Assembly: GCF_051903065.1 (NCBI RefSeq)
Contig: NZ_CP178438.1
Strand: one strand, 5' to 3'
DNA: 64,000 nt
DNA from: Escherichia coli
GTDB lineage: Bacteria > Pseudomonadota > Gammaproteobacteria > Enterobacterales > Enterobacteriaceae
Below the pieces are notes generated by a model that was given only the letters and a program-made list of their open reading frames with translations, had not been told where the DNA came from and did no database searches. The position numbers and the translations under genes are program-made. Positions 1 to 10,636 of this stretch are shown here, in pieces. Numbering within the stretch: the stretch's first letter is position 1; each line of letters starts with the position of its first letter.

Positions 1-1
1 G

Positions 2-1111
2 TTGGAAGAGGCGCTATTACACAGCCAGAAACTGAAAGCGGTCGGGCAACTGACGGGCGGGCTGGCCCATGATTTTAATAATCTGCTGGCGGTGATTATT
101 GGCAGCCTGGAGCTGGTGAATCCGGACTCGCCAGACGCGCCGCGAATACAGCGGGCGCTGCAAGCTGCCGAACGTGGGGCGCTACTGACACAACGACTGC
201 TGGCGTTTTCCCGCAAGCAGTCCTTACATCCGCAAGCCGTTGAACTGAAAACATTGCTGGAAGAGTTAAGCGAATTAATGCGCCACTCCTTACCGGCAAC
301 GCTGGCGCTGGAGATTGAAGCGCAGTCTCCGGCGTGGCCCGCGTGGATTGACGTCAGCCAACTGGAAAATGCCATCATCAACCTGGTGATGAACGCCCGC
401 GATGCGATGGAAGGGCAGACGGGAATTATCAAAATTCGTACCTGGAATCAGCGCGTTACTCGCAGCAGTGGGCAGCGTCAGGACATGGTGGCACTGGAGG
501 TCATCGATCATGGCAGCGGTATGTCGCAGGCGGTGAAAAGCCAGGTATTTGAGCCATTCTTTACCACCAAACAGACGGGCAGCGGCAGCGGGCTGGGTTT
601 GTCGATGGTCTATGGTTTTGTGCGCCAGTCCGGTGGGCGCGTTGAAATTGAAAGCGCGCCGGGGCTGGGGACAACGGTCAGATTACAGCTTCCCCGCGCG
701 CTGACGGCGGCGAAAAACCTATCGCCAGCGGCAGTAGAACAGGCTTCTGTCAGCGGCGATAAACTGGTGTTAGTGCTGGAAGATGAAGCCGCGGTGCGCC
801 AGACCATCTGCGAACAGTTGCACCTGCTGGGCTATTTGACGCTGGAAGCAAGCAGCGGCGAACAGGCGCTGGATCTGCTGGCGGCATCAGCAGAAATCGA
901 TATTTTTATCAGCGATTTAATGCTCCCCGGCGGCATGAGCGGCGCAGAAGTGGTCAATGCGGCCCGCAAACTTTACCCGCACCTGACGCTGCTACTCATC
1001 AGCGGTCAGGATTTACGCCCCAGCCATAACCCCGCGCTGCCAGACGTGGCGCTGTTGCGCAAACCCTTTACCCGTGCGCAGTTGGCGCAGGCGCTGGGGC
1101 AAGAGAATTGA
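2..1111 (+). CDS. Hybrid sensor histidine kinase / response-regulator receiver protein, C-terminal portion (ORF runs to the window edge, so the N-terminal sensor part is probably missing)
   Basis: Translation has an H-box (LAHDFNNLL), N-box (NLVMNARDAM), G-boxes (DHGSGM, GSGSGLGLS) and a C-terminal receiver domain (LVLEDE ... ISDLMLPG ... LRKPF). Domain call is from motifs only. Confidence 0.8.
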   Translation: MEEALLHSQKLKAVGQLTGGLAHDFNNLLAVIIGSLELVNPDSPDAPRIQRALQAAERGALLTQRLLAFSRKQSLHPQAVELKTLLEELSELMRHSLPATLALEIEAQSPAWPAWIDVSQLENAIINLVMNARDAMEGQTGIIKIRTWNQRVTRSSGQRQDMVALEVIDHGSGMSQAVKSQVFEPFFTTKQTGSGSGLGLSMVYGFVRQSGGRVEIESAPGLGTTVRLQLPRALTAAKNLSPAAVEQASVSGDKLVLVLEDEAAVRQTICEQLHLLGYLTLEASSGEQALDLLAASAEIDIFISDLMLPGGMSGAEVVNAARKLYPHLTLLLISGQDLRPSHNPALPDVALLRKPFTRAQLAQALGQEN

Positions 1112-1179
1112 GAATCCTCCTCTACTCGTAACAGGCACCTTTGCCTACCTTGTATTAACTTTGTTGCGAGGCCGAGTTT

Positions 1180-1509
1180 ATGAAACGCCACTCCACGCTT
1201 TTTCTTTTCACCCTGCTCACGCTGACCACCGTACCGGCCCAGGCCGATATTATCGACGACACCATTGGCAATATTCAGCAGGCGATTAACGACGCTTATA
1301 ACCCTGACCGTGGGCGAGACTATGAAGATTCGCGCGACGATGGCTGGCAGCGTGAAGTGAGCGACGATCGGCGCAGACAATATGACGACCGCCGCCGCCA
1401 GTTTGAAGATCGCCGCAGGCAGCTGGACGATCGCCAACGTCAGCTTGATCAGGAGCGTCGGCAACTGGAGGATGAAGAGCGGAGAATGGAAGATGAGTAT
1501 GGGCGGTGA
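1180..1509 (+). CDS. yjdP: YjdP-like small secreted protein with signal peptide and Asp/Arg-rich tandem repeats
   Basis: 109 aa; N-terminal signal peptide ending in AQA; repeated D-R-R-R-Q motifs; position between the kinase gene and phnP matches yjdP. Confidence 0.75.
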   Translation: MKRHSTLFLFTLLTLTTVPAQADIIDDTIGNIQQAINDAYNPDRGRDYEDSRDDGWQREVSDDRRRQYDDRRRQFEDRRRQLDDRQRQLDQERRQLEDEERRMEDEYGR

Positions 1510-1514
1510 GGTAG

Positions 1515-1650
1515 GCTCGGGTGCTGGCATCGCCCCTCACCCTAACCCTCTCCCCAAAGGGGCGAGGGGACCGATGGTGCACGGGGTGATTTTCTCCCTC
1601 TCCCTGTGGGAGAGGGCCGGGATGAGGGCATCAGCGCGCACATTCTCCCC
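1515..1650. repeat. GC-rich tandem hairpin element (boxC-like) in the yjdP-phnP intergenic region
   Basis: Two adjacent imperfect palindromes (ccctctcccc..ggggcgaggg and ccctctccc..gggagaggg); a second copy of the 25-bp core is at 28975-29005. Confidence 0.5.
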
Positions 1651-1652
1651 CA

Positions 1653-2411
1653 TCACGCCACCCCAATCTCCATCCCATCAAACCCCGCCTCAAACCCTGA
1701 CGGCAGCGCGTTCTCCATCAGCCACGCATCAAACTGGTGGCTGATATGGGTCAGAATCACCCGTGGCGAGCGGATAACCTGATTCAGCGCAAGCACGGTA
1801 TTTAAATCACAGTGATTACGCGGTGCATCCTCGCGCGGCGGGTGGCTGCAATCAATCACCATTACCTGTAGCTGATTATTGTGTAAAAATTTCAGCGTTT
1901 TTTCCGGCAGGCCTGCGGTGTCAGACAGCCACGCCACCCGGCTGTGTGCCGTTTCCAGCAGATAACCGAAGGTCAGTTTTGAGTGGTTTAGCGGCAGCGG
2001 TGTCACCTGCAACCCCTGCAAATCGAACACCACAAACGGTTCCACCGTGTGGCTGAAATCAAGCAGGCCCGGATGTTTAAACAGATCGTCGCAGCCCTGT
2101 TCATCCGGCGGGCCGTAGACCGGGATCGAACCGCCCACGCCCCAGCGCAGCGGAAACAGTCCCTGAACGTGATCCATATGATAATGCGTCAGCAAAAACT
2201 GCTGGAACGATCCTGGCGACCAGCGATCGGTGAGATCGTGCAGCCCGGCGTCGATCAGGGTGACAGCCTCGTTAAACTTCACTACGCCGCTGCACGGCTG
2301 GCGGCGATACTGCGGCGAGCGTCGCGCTCGTGCGCAGGCCGCGCACTCGCAGCCCCATGCCGGAACGCCCTGTGCGCCGCCGGTGCCCGTGAGCGTGAGG
2401 GTCAGGCTCAT
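1653..2411 (-). CDS. phnP: Phosphonate metabolism phosphodiesterase PhnP (metallo-beta-lactamase fold)
   Basis: 252 aa; HYHMDH metal-binding motif; last gene of the phn operon by order. Confidence 0.93.
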   Translation of the reverse strand: MSLTLTLTGTGGAQGVPAWGCECAACARARRSPQYRRQPCSGVVKFNEAVTLIDAGLHDLTDRWSPGSFQQFLLTHYHMDHVQGLFPLRWGVGGSIPVYGPPDEQGCDDLFKHPGLLDFSHTVEPFVVFDLQGLQVTPLPLNHSKLTFGYLLETAHSRVAWLSDTAGLPEKTLKFLHNNQLQVMVIDCSHPPREDAPRNHCDLNTVLALNQVIRSPRVILTHISHQFDAWLMENALPSGFEAGFDGMEIGVA

Positions 2412-2412
2412 G

Positions 2413-2847
2413 TTACAGCGCCTTGGTGAAGCGGAAATGGCTCTGCTCGTAGCCTTCGCGCAGATAGAAACGGTGCGCGTCGTGGCGCTTCACGTTGGTG
2501 GAAAGCTCGGTCATTTCGGCCCCGGCCTGGCGGGCTTCTTCTTCTGCCCACGCCAGTAACTTACTGCCGACGTTCAGACCGCGCGCCTGCGGCATCACCA
2601 CCAGCTCCTGAATTTCGCCGATCCAGTTGACATGATGCAGATGAAACTGCAAATGCAGGCCGATCATGCCAACAACTTCGCCATCCAGCAGCGCCAGATG
2701 GTAGCGCATGTTTGGGTCACGCAGGTTGGCGTTAAAGCCCACGCGAAACGCGTGATGGTCAAACTCCGCCTGTTTTAGCTCACAAATCAGCGCGTAAACC
2801 GCGTCGGTGTCGTACTGCGTGGCCGGGCGAAGCTCACAAGCAGGCAT
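2413..2847 (-). CDS. phnO: Aminoalkylphosphonate N-acetyltransferase PhnO
   Basis: 144 aa GNAT-type protein; operon position. Confidence 0.92.
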
Positions 2848-3391
2848 GGTGTTTCTCCTTCTGATGAATCAGCGTCAGCAGCGTGTCGACCGACTGGCGC
2901 AGGCTGCCGTCATTATTGAGCGTATGGCAATCCTGTGGAGTATAGCGGGCAGCGCGCGCCAGCCGGGCGTTAATTTCACTGGCGTTTTCACGACCACGGT
3001 TTTCCAGGCGCTGGCGCAGGATCTCCGGCGACACCTGTAAGCAGATGGGCAGCAGCGCCGATGCATAGCGTGCCCGCGCCTGCGGCAGATGGGCGCGTGA
3101 GCCGTTGACCAGCACGTCGAATCCGGCGTGCAGCCAGAGATCAATTTCCAGCCCGACGCCGTAATAGTAGCCGTTAGCATGCCAGCTTAACGCGAAGAGT
3201 TGCTGACCTGCACGGGCAAAAAACTCCTGCTCGCTCAGGGCGATATGGTTTTCACTTCCGGCGCTGGCATCGCGCGTGATGTAGCGATGCGCCACCAGTA
3301 ACTGAGTTTGTTCCCGCAGGCGGAGTTCCGCCAGCAGGCTATCTTTCCCGGAGCCGGACGGCCCCATTAACCAAATCAGTTTTCCCGTCAT
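2834..3391 (-). CDS. phnN: Ribose 1,5-bisphosphate phosphokinase PhnN
   Basis: 185 aa; P-loop GPSGSGKDS; overlaps phnO by 14 nt. Confidence 0.92.
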
Positions 3392-4527
3392 CAGAACACC
3401 CTTTTACCCTGACGCCAGACGTGGTCGATATGAATATGATTGCCCTTGCGATGCGCCAGCACCAGGTCGGCGCGTTTGCCCTCGCCAATCACCCCGCGAT
3501 CCTGGAGATTAAGCGCCTGCGCTGGATTTTTAGTCACCAGCTTCACCGCCTGCGGCAGCGTAAAGCGGTTGCTCTGGTCATCGGCGACGCGGAACGCCGC
3601 ATCCAGCAGGCTGGCGGGGTAGTAGTCGGAAGAGAGGATATCCAGCAGGCCAAGCTGCGCCAGTTCACTGGCCGCCACGTTGCCGGAGTGCGAACCGCCG
3701 CGCACAATATTCGGCGCGCCCATCAGCACGTTCATGCCATGCTTGCGCGAGGCTTCCGCCGCTTCGAACGTAGTGGGAAATTCGGCGATCACGCTGCCAA
3801 GCTGGTGGGATTCGGCAACATGGGCGTGGGTGGCGTCATCGTGGCTGGCGAGCGCAATGTGTCGCGCGCGGCACATTGCGGCGATGGATTCGCGATTTGG
3901 CTGCGACCAGCGTGCAGCAAGCGCCAGCTGTTCCTCTTCATACTGCTGCATCTGCGCGTCGGTGAGCGAGTATTTGCCCTGATAATATTCGCGATACTTC
4001 TCGCGGTTGGCGAACTGGCGCTGGCCCGGCGAGTGGTCCATCAGCGATACCAGCGTCACCGGCTCGCGCTGCACCAGTTTTTCAAACAGCGGCAGCGTGG
4101 TGTGGTGCGGCAGTTCGCAGCGCAGGTGCAGACGGTGCTCGGCGCGGTTGACGCCGCGTTTCTGCGTCTCTTCGATGGCGTTGATCATCTTCTCCAGATT
4201 CTCCAGCCGATCGCCGCCGTCGCGCACGTCGCCAATCGCCACGGCATCCAGTACGGTGGTGATGCCGCTCGCCACCATCAGCGCATCGTGGCTGCTCATC
4301 GCCGAGTGGGCGGGCCAGTCAACTTTCGGGCGCGGGGTGAAGAATTTATCCAGATTATCGGTATGCAGCTCAATCAGGCCCGGCAGCAGCCAGCCGCCTT
4401 CGCCGTCCATCGCCTCCGGCAGGCGGCTCTGGCTTTCGGCAAAGGCGCGGATTTCGCCGTCCTGCACCTCCAGTGAACCGCTTACCACCTCGTTTTCCAG
4501 CACCAATTTGACGTTATTGATAATCAT
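3391..4527 (-). CDS. phnM: C-P lyase pathway triphosphoribosyl-phosphonate diphosphohydrolase PhnM (amidohydrolase family)
   Basis: 378 aa; operon position. Confidence 0.92.
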   Translation of the reverse strand: MIINNVKLVLENEVVSGSLEVQDGEIRAFAESQSRLPEAMDGEGGWLLPGLIELHTDNLDKFFTPRPKVDWPAHSAMSSHDALMVASGITTVLDAVAIGDVRDGGDRLENLEKMINAIEETQKRGVNRAEHRLHLRCELPHHTTLPLFEKLVQREPVTLVSLMDHSPGQRQFANREKYREYYQGKYSLTDAQMQQYEEEQLALAARWSQPNRESIAAMCRARHIALASHDDATHAHVAESHQLGSVIAEFPTTFEAAEASRKHGMNVLMGAPNIVRGGSHSGNVAASELAQLGLLDILSSDYYPASLLDAAFRVADDQSNRFTLPQAVKLVTKNPAQALNLQDRGVIGEGKRADLVLAHRKGNHIHIDHVWRQGKRVF

Positions 4528-5204
4528 GAAGAGGCTCCCATTGGGTGCAGGCGGTCGGCAACGTCATTACGTACGGCTTCGTCATGGAAGATGCCGACAA
4601 TGGCTGCGCCGCGGGCTTTGGCTTCGCGGATCAGTTCCACCACCGCGGCGCTGTTTTTGGCGTCCAGCGAGGCGGTAGGTTCGTCGAGCAGCAGAATGGG
4701 GTAGTCGACGATAAAGCCGCGGGCGATGTTGACGCGCTGCTGTTCGCCGCCGGAGAAGGTCGATGGTGCCAGGTGCCACAGGCGTTCCGGCACGTTCAGG
4801 CGGGTGAGCAGACGCGCGGCTTTAGCAGCGCAGGCTTCACGCGGTACGCCGGTATCGAGCAGCGGCTGCATTACTACTTCCAGCGCCGAAATGCGCGGGA
4901 TAACTCGCAGAAACTGGCTCACCCAGCCAACGGTGGTTTTGCGGATTTCCACCACTTTGCGCGCTGGCGCGGTGACCAGATCGACCCATTCGTCACCGTG
5001 TTTGATCTGGATTTGCCCTTCGTCGGGCAGATAGTTGGCGTACAGCGAGCGCAGCAGGGTTGATTTGCCGCTGCCGGAGTGGCCGTGGAGCACCACGCAT
5101 TCGCCCGCGTTGACGGTGAGTGAGGCGCGTTGTAAGACGGGCAGGCGCACGCCGTTTTGCTGATGCAGGATGAAGGTTTTACTGACGTTTTGTACGTTAA
5201 TCAT
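4524..5204 (-). CDS. phnL: C-P lyase ATP-binding subunit PhnL
   Basis: 226 aa from [11 protein letters not shown]; Walker [10 protein letters not shown]. The track ORF (432 aa) is an upstream in-frame extension through a REP element and was trimmed. Confidence 0.9.
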   Translation of the reverse strand: MINVQNVSKTFILHQQNGVRLPVLQRASLTVNAGECVVLHGHSGSGKSTLLRSLYANYLPDEGQIQIKHGDEWVDLVTAPARKVVEIRKTTVGWVSQFLRVIPRISALEVVMQPLLDTGVPREACAAKAARLLTRLNVPERLWHLAPSTFSGGEQQRVNIARGFIVDYPILLLDEPTASLDAKNSAAVVELIREAKARGAAIVGIFHDEAVRNDVADRLHPMGASS

Positions 5205-5224
5205 TTTTCGCCTCGTGGTTCGGG

Positions 5225-5310
<86 letters not shown>

Positions 5311-5314
5311 CGGC

Positions 5315-6073
5315 TCAATTCTGCAAAACCGATGACACCAGCAGCTGTGTATACGGATGATGCGGGTCGTCGAGCACGCGGTCGGTTAACCCACTCTCCA
5401 CCACTTGCCCCTGCTTCATCACCAGCAAACGGTCCGCCAGCAGGCGGGCGACGCCTAAATCGTGGGTGACAATCACCACCGCGAGGTTCAGCTCCACCAC
5501 CAGGCCGCGCAGCAGGTCGAGCAGGCGCGCCTGCACCGACACATCCAGCCCGCCGGTTGGCTCGTCCATAAATACCAGCTTCGGATGCGTCACCAGGTTG
5601 CGGGCAATCTGCAAACGCTGCTGCATGCCGCCGGAAAAGGTGGTCGGCAGGTCGTCGATCCGGTTGGCGGGAATTTCCACCTCTTCCAGCCACTTCTGCG
5701 CGGTGGCGCGAATATCGCCGTAATGACGTGCCCCGGTCGCCATCAGCCGCTCGCCGATATTGCCGCCTGCCGACACCTGGCGGCGCAGGCCGTCGAGCGG
5801 ATGCTGATGCACCACGCCCCATTCGGTGCGCAGCAGGCGACGGCGGTCGGCCTCGCTCATGCCATAGAGGGAACGGTTTTCATAGTGAATCTCCCCCTGC
5901 TGCGGCGTCAGACGCGCGGAAATTGATTTCAGCAGCGTGGTCTTCCCGGAGCCGGATTCCCCGACAATGCCCAGCACTTCCCCCGGCCATAAATCAAAAG
6001 AGACATCGCTAAAGCCTTTGCCCGGCGCGTAAAGGTGGGTCAGGTTATTGACCGAAAGTAACGGTTGATTCAT
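5315..6073 (-). CDS. phnK: C-P lyase ATP-binding subunit PhnK
   Basis: 252 aa from [11 protein letters not shown]; ABC ATPase motifs ([17 protein letters not shown]); start overlaps phnJ stop. Confidence 0.92.
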   Translation of the reverse strand: MNQPLLSVNNLTHLYAPGKGFSDVSFDLWPGEVLGIVGESGSGKTTLLKSISARLTPQQGEIHYENRSLYGMSEADRRRLLRTEWGVVHQHPLDGLRRQVSAGGNIGERLMATGARHYGDIRATAQKWLEEVEIPANRIDDLPTTFSGGMQQRLQIARNLVTHPKLVFMDEPTGGLDVSVQARLLDLLRGLVVELNLAVVIVTHDLGVARLLADRLLVMKQGQVVESGLTDRVLDDPHHPYTQLLVSSVLQN

Positions 6074-6915
6074 TGGCTTTTTGCCTCGCTCTGTTGGCGG
6101 CAATAATCGGTATCGGAGCAGACAAACATGCGGTTTCCGGCGTCATCCAGCACCACTTCATCAAGATAGCTGTGGGTCGATCCGCAGATGGCGCATGGCT
6201 CATCCCACTGCTGAACGGTGAACGGGTGATCGTCGAAATCGAGGCTTTCCACGCGGGTAAACGGCGGCACCGCATAGATGCGCTTCTCACGCCCGGCGCC
6301 GAACAGTTGCAGGGCGGGCATCATGTCCATTTTCGGGTTATCGAATTTCGGGATCGGCGACGGGTCCATTACGTAGCGCCCGTTCACCTTCACCGGATAG
6401 GCGTAGGTGGTGGCGATATGACCGAAGCGGGCGATATCTTCATACAGCTTCACCTGCATCACGCCGTACTCCTCCAGCGCGTGCATGGTGCGGGTTTCCG
6501 TTTCGCGCGGCTCGATAAAGCGCAGCGGTTCGGGGATCGGCACCTGGAAAATAATGATCTGATCTTCGGTCAGCGGCGTTTCGGGGATGCGGTGACGCGT
6601 CTGGATGACCGTTGCATCGTCCGTGCGCTCGGTGGTGTTTACCCCGGTCACGCGCTTAAAGAAGTTGCGAATCGACACGGCGTTGGTGGTGTCATCCGCG
6701 CCCTGGTCAATCACCTTCAGCACGTCGCTTACGCCAATCACGCTGGCGGTAAGCTGAATGCCGCCGGTTCCCCAGCCGTACGGCATTGGCATCTCGCGCC
6801 CGCCAAACGGCACCTGATAACCGGGGATTGCCACCGCTTTTAAGATGGCGCGGCGGATCATGCGTTTGGTCTGCTCGTCGAGGTAGGCAAAGTTGTAGCC
6901 GCTCAGATTAGCCAT
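6070..6915 (-). CDS. phnJ: Alpha-D-ribose 1-methylphosphonate 5-phosphate C-P lyase PhnJ
   Basis: 281 aa from MANLSGYNFAYLDEQTKR; C-terminal Cys cluster (CAICGSTHSYLDE). Confidence 0.93.
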   Translation of the reverse strand: MANLSGYNFAYLDEQTKRMIRRAILKAVAIPGYQVPFGGREMPMPYGWGTGGIQLTASVIGVSDVLKVIDQGADDTTNAVSIRNFFKRVTGVNTTERTDDATVIQTRHRIPETPLTEDQIIIFQVPIPEPLRFIEPRETETRTMHALEEYGVMQVKLYEDIARFGHIATTYAYPVKVNGRYVMDPSPIPKFDNPKMDMMPALQLFGAGREKRIYAVPPFTRVESLDFDDHPFTVQQWDEPCAICGSTHSYLDEVVLDDAGNRMFVCSDTDYCRQQSEAKSQ

Positions 6916-7972
6916 GGTTCTGCTCCTGTTGCAGACGTTTGAGTAGCTCCAGTTCGGCCTGGAAATCGACGTAGTGCGGGAGTTTGAGGTGCGAGACAAA
7001 GCCTGCGGCTTCGACGTTGTCGGCATGTGCCAGCACGAACTCTTCATCCTGCGCCGGGCCTGTCGCGTGCTCGCCGTACTCCGGGGCTTGCAGAGCGCGG
7101 TCGACCAGCGCCATCGCCATCGCTTTGCGCTCGCTCATGCCGAACACCAGCCCGTAGCCGCGCGTGAAGTGCGGAGATTCATCCGGTGGGTCGATAAAAC
7201 CGTTGACCATTTCACACTCAGTCATCAGCAGTTCGCCGACGTTCACCGCAAATCCCAGCTCTTCCGGCACAATCGACACGTCGATGTAACCACTGCGGAT
7301 TTCACCCGCGAACGGGTGATTGCGCCCGTAACCGCGTTGGGTGGAGTAGGCCAGCGCCAGCAAATAGCCTTCGTCGCCGCGCATCAACTGCTGCAAACGG
7401 GAAGAACGTGAGCAGGGGTAAACCGGCGGCGTGCGGGTGATGTCATCCGGGTGTGCGCCGCTATCCTCTTCAAACTTCGCCAGCCCCTGACGCGCCAGCA
7501 GGCTGAAAACGTGCGGCGACGGCTGTTGTTCGCTGTCGGCGGTGGTCAGCGTCGGCGCTTCGCCGTTTGCCAGCAGGGTGAAATCGAGCAGGCGATGGGT
7601 GTAGTCGTAGGTTGGGCCAAGCAACTGGCCGCCGGGAATATCTTTATAAACCGCTGAAATACGCCGTTCGAGACGCATCTCCGTGGTGTCGAGCGGCTCG
7701 CTTACCGCGAGCTTCGCCAGCGTGGTGCGGTAGGCGCGCAGCAGGAAAATTGCTTCGACGTTATCGCCGCTGGCCTGTTTCAGCGCCAGCGCAGCCAGTT
7801 CGCGGTCGGCAATGCCGCCTTCGGTCATCACGCGATCCACCGCAAGATTAAGCTGCTGTTCAATCTGGGCGACGCTCAGTTCAGGCAAATCAGTGTCGCC
7901 CCGGCGTCGGCTCTCTTGCAGGGCGTGGGCGGCGTCGATCGCCTTCTCGCCCCCTTTCACGGCAACGTACAT
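6908..7972 (-). CDS. phnI: C-P lyase core complex subunit PhnI
   Basis: 354 aa from [13 protein letters not shown]; overlaps phnJ start and phnH stop. Confidence 0.92.
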   Translation of the reverse strand: MYVAVKGGEKAIDAAHALQESRRRGDTDLPELSVAQIEQQLNLAVDRVMTEGGIADRELAALALKQASGDNVEAIFLLRAYRTTLAKLAVSEPLDTTEMRLERRISAVYKDIPGGQLLGPTYDYTHRLLDFTLLANGEAPTLTTADSEQQPSPHVFSLLARQGLAKFEEDSGAHPDDITRTPPVYPCSRSSRLQQLMRGDEGYLLALAYSTQRGYGRNHPFAGEIRSGYIDVSIVPEELGFAVNVGELLMTECEMVNGFIDPPDESPHFTRGYGLVFGMSERKAMAMALVDRALQAPEYGEHATGPAQDEEFVLAHADNVEAAGFVSHLKLPHYVDFQAELELLKRLQQEQNHG

Positions 7973-8556
7973 CAGCACACCTCCACATGAGTGGTTCGCG
8001 GAATAGCCAGCAGGCGCTCGCCGCAGGTCAGGATCAGGTCGATGCCGAGCGGGAACGGGTGCGGGCGCTCGGTGAGTTCGTGCAGAATGCACTCCGGCAG
8101 CTGCGGGGCGATCATTCGTTCTTCGGCAATGCCCGCGCCGGTGAGACGCAACATGCGCCCGCCGCTCAGGCTGGCGACCTGTAAAATCAGCGTTGCACCC
8201 GCTTCCGGCGCAACGGCGGTGCCGGTGGAAAGGGCGTTGAGCTGTTCGCTGGAAATCGCCTCATCCGTTACCGCGAAGGTCGCCTGTTCCGGCTGGCTGA
8301 CCAGCGGCGCGTTGGTATGAAAACGCAGGCTCTGGCTGACGATATCGTTACTTAATGGCGCGGAAAGCCACACCGGCGTGTCGTTATCGGCCAGCGTCAG
8401 CAGCACGCTGGTGGTGGCGATATTCAGCGGCTGCCAGCCGCGTTTGAGCTGATGCAGGGCGACAATCACGCCCGGCTCGCTCATGGCCTTTAACAGGCGA
8501 CGAAAACTGTGCTGGGCATCCTGCACAGGAAGAATAAAAGCGGTTTCCAGGGTCAT
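7972..8556 (-). CDS. phnH: C-P lyase core complex subunit PhnH
   Basis: 194 aa; operon order. Confidence 0.92.
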   Translation of the reverse strand: MTLETAFILPVQDAQHSFRRLLKAMSEPGVIVALHQLKRGWQPLNIATTSVLLTLADNDTPVWLSAPLSNDIVSQSLRFHTNAPLVSQPEQATFAVTDEAISSEQLNALSTGTAVAPEAGATLILQVASLSGGRMLRLTGAGIAEERMIAPQLPECILHELTERPHPFPLGIDLILTCGERLLAIPRTTHVEVC

Positions 8557-9005
8557 GCGTTGTCTCCGCGAACCATCGTAAAGAAGTCGACCCGGCTGGC
8601 GTTCACTTCGGCCTGGCGTGCGGCAATGCGTGCCATACGGTCAGCGTCCAGCGGGGCAATAAGGGTTTCTGATAAGTTTTGAAAATGGCGAGATTGCTGC
8701 ATCAACGCGTCAATCAGCGCGCAGCGTTCGGCGTGCTGTTTGTCGCGCCCCAGCACCCAGCTGTAGCCGAGGGTGCCGTCAGTCAGGCGTACGGCGGCGC
8801 GGGTGAGCGTGGCGTCGCCGGCAAAAAAGCGTTCGCCGGTGCCGCCCATCCGCGCCTGAATCTGCACCAGACCAGTTTCGGCAGTGCGGATCACTTCATA
8901 GTCGGCGGTGATGTTCAGCGCGTTCAGGCGGGCTGCCAGTTCAGCCGGTTGGCTGTGCGCCAGTACGGACATCCAGTGCTGGCGGGTCGCGGTATCTGCG
9001 TGCAT
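8553..9005 (-). CDS. phnG: C-P lyase core complex subunit PhnG
   Basis: 150 aa; operon order. Confidence 0.92.
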   Translation of the reverse strand: MHADTATRQHWMSVLAHSQPAELAARLNALNITADYEVIRTAETGLVQIQARMGGTGERFFAGDATLTRAAVRLTDGTLGYSWVLGRDKQHAERCALIDALMQQSRHFQNLSETLIAPLDADRMARIAARQAEVNASRVDFFTMVRGDNA

Positions 9006-9731
9006 TCAGTGCTCCATAGTGAATTCAATCATGTCGGCGCGCGTCAGGCTGACGGAGTACTCCGCCGGGCTGCTTTCACCGTCACGGTGGTTAAGGGTGC
9101 GCACGCACAGCAGCGGCGACATATTCGGGATTTCAAGGCGCTGGCACTCTTTGGCCTGGGCGCGGCGGGCGCTGATCCGCGTCTGGCTGCGGCGCAGCGC
9201 AATCCCCGTTTGCTCGCGCAGAAAATCGTGCAGCGAGCCGCTGTCGAAGCGTTGCAGCGTCGGCCAGAGGGTGAGGTCCGCAAAGTAGTGGTCGATTAAA
9301 CAGAGCGCGATGCCGTTGACCCGGCGCAGGGTGCGCAGGTGGATAACGTTCACCCCCTCGGCGATACCCAGCGCATCCGCCACATGACCAGACGCCGGGC
9401 GCAGCACCGACAGCAGTTTTTCGCTGGTGGGATGGCTGCCCTGGTCCAGCAGGTTCTGGCTAAAACGCGCCTGGGCGTTGAGCGGGTAATCAAACGGGCG
9501 CATCAGCACCAGCACGCCGACGCCCTGACGGCGCTGTACCCAGCCTTTTTCCACCAGTTGGTCGATGGCGCGGCGCAGGGTGTGGCGATTTACCTCAAAG
9601 CGCGCCGCCAGCTGCTGCTCGGCGGGAAGATAGTCGCCGCAGCGGTAGTGTTGACGAAGCTCCTGCTCAAGTTTTGCGGCTATCTCCTGATAGCGTGTTG
9701 GGTAGCTGGTCGGATGTGTAGACAAGTGCAT
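9006..9731 (-). CDS. phnF: GntR-family transcriptional regulator PhnF
   Basis: 241 aa from MHLSTHPTSYPTRYQEIA; N-terminal winged HTH; track ORF extends 3 codons upstream. Confidence 0.9.
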   Translation of the reverse strand: MHLSTHPTSYPTRYQEIAAKLEQELRQHYRCGDYLPAEQQLAARFEVNRHTLRRAIDQLVEKGWVQRRQGVGVLVLMRPFDYPLNAQARFSQNLLDQGSHPTSEKLLSVLRPASGHVADALGIAEGVNVIHLRTLRRVNGIALCLIDHYFADLTLWPTLQRFDSGSLHDFLREQTGIALRRSQTRISARRAQAKECQRLEIPNMSPLLCVRTLNHRDGESSPAEYSVSLTRADMIEFTMEH

Positions 9732-9751
9732 AGCTATCAATGCCTCGCTAA

Positions 9752-10531
9752 TCAGATAAAGTGCTTACGCAACCGTTGAGAGAGGAAATCCAGCAGGCTG
9801 ACCGTGACGATAACCAGCACCATCAGGGCGCAGGTTTGCTGGAACTGGAAACCGCGAATCGCTTCCCACAGCGTGACGCCGATCCCGCCCGCGCCGACCA
9901 TGCCGACGACGGTCGCCGAGCGGACGTTGGATTCGAAGCGATAGAGGGAGTAGGAGATCAGCAGCGGCATCACCTGCGGCAGCACGCCGTAGAGGATCTC
10001 TTCGAGCTTGTTGGCACCGGTGGCGCGAATGCCCTCCACCGGGCCGGGTTCAATCGCTTCCACCGCTTCGGAAAGCAGTTTGGAGAGCACGCCGGTGGTG
10101 TGAATGAACAGCGCCAGCACGCCAGCGAACGGGCCGAGGCCGACGGCGACCACGAACAGCATGGCGAAGACCATTTCGTTAATGGCGCGGCAGGCGTCCA
10201 TCAGGCGGCGAACGGGCTGGTAAACCCACCACGGCACCAGGTTTTCGGCGCTCATCAGGCCGAAGGGGATGGAGAGAATCACCGCCAGCGCGGTGCCCCA
10301 GACGGCGATTTGCAGCGTGACGAGCATTTCGGTGAGGTAATCCTGCCACTGGCTGAAATCGGGCGGGAAGAAGTCGGCGGCGAAGGTCGCCATGTTGCCG
10401 CCGTCTTTGATCAGCGTGAGCGGGGCCATTTCCGCGCCCTGCCACGAGACGACCAACACGGCGAGTACAACGGCCCAGCTCAGAAGCGAGAACCAGCTGC
10501 GCTTGGGTGGGGCGATGGTGATGGTTTGCAT
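9752..10531 (-). CDS. phnE: Phosphonate ABC transporter permease PhnE, intact reading frame
   Basis: 259 aa from [17 protein letters not shown]; membrane-spanning ABC permease; no frameshift seen in this window. Confidence 0.88.
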   Translation of the reverse strand: MQTITIAPPKRSWFSLLSWAVVLAVLVVSWQGAEMAPLTLIKDGGNMATFAADFFPPDFSQWQDYLTEMLVTLQIAVWGTALAVILSIPFGLMSAENLVPWWVYQPVRRLMDACRAINEMVFAMLFVVAVGLGPFAGVLALFIHTTGVLSKLLSEAVEAIEPGPVEGIRATGANKLEEILYGVLPQVMPLLISYSLYRFESNVRSATVVGMVGAGGIGVTLWEAIRGFQFQQTCALMVLVIVTVSLLDFLSQRLRKHFI

Positions 10532-10545
10532 GTTTGGCTCCGGTC

Positions 10546-10634
10546 TGTAGGCCGGATAAGGTGCTTGCACCGCATCCGGCATCAACGCCTGCACATTGTC
10601 GGATGCGACGCCGGGGCGTCTTATCCGACCTACG
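10546..10634. repeat. REP/BIME element (two inverted REP units) between phnE and phnD
   Basis: tgtaggccggataaggtgcttgcaccgcatccggca and gtcggatgcgacgccggggcgtcttatccgacctac read directly. Confidence 0.85.
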
Positions 10635-10636
10635 AT

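Noticed and set aside
3421-4476. 351-aa plus-strand ORF inside phnM, and similar long antisense ORFs inside phnJ, phnI, phnD, cadA, adiA and groL (for example 58226-59512)
   Set aside because: They are antisense to well-supported genes, have low-complexity Arg/Ala/His-rich composition and no start-site signals; typical GC-rich frame artefacts.
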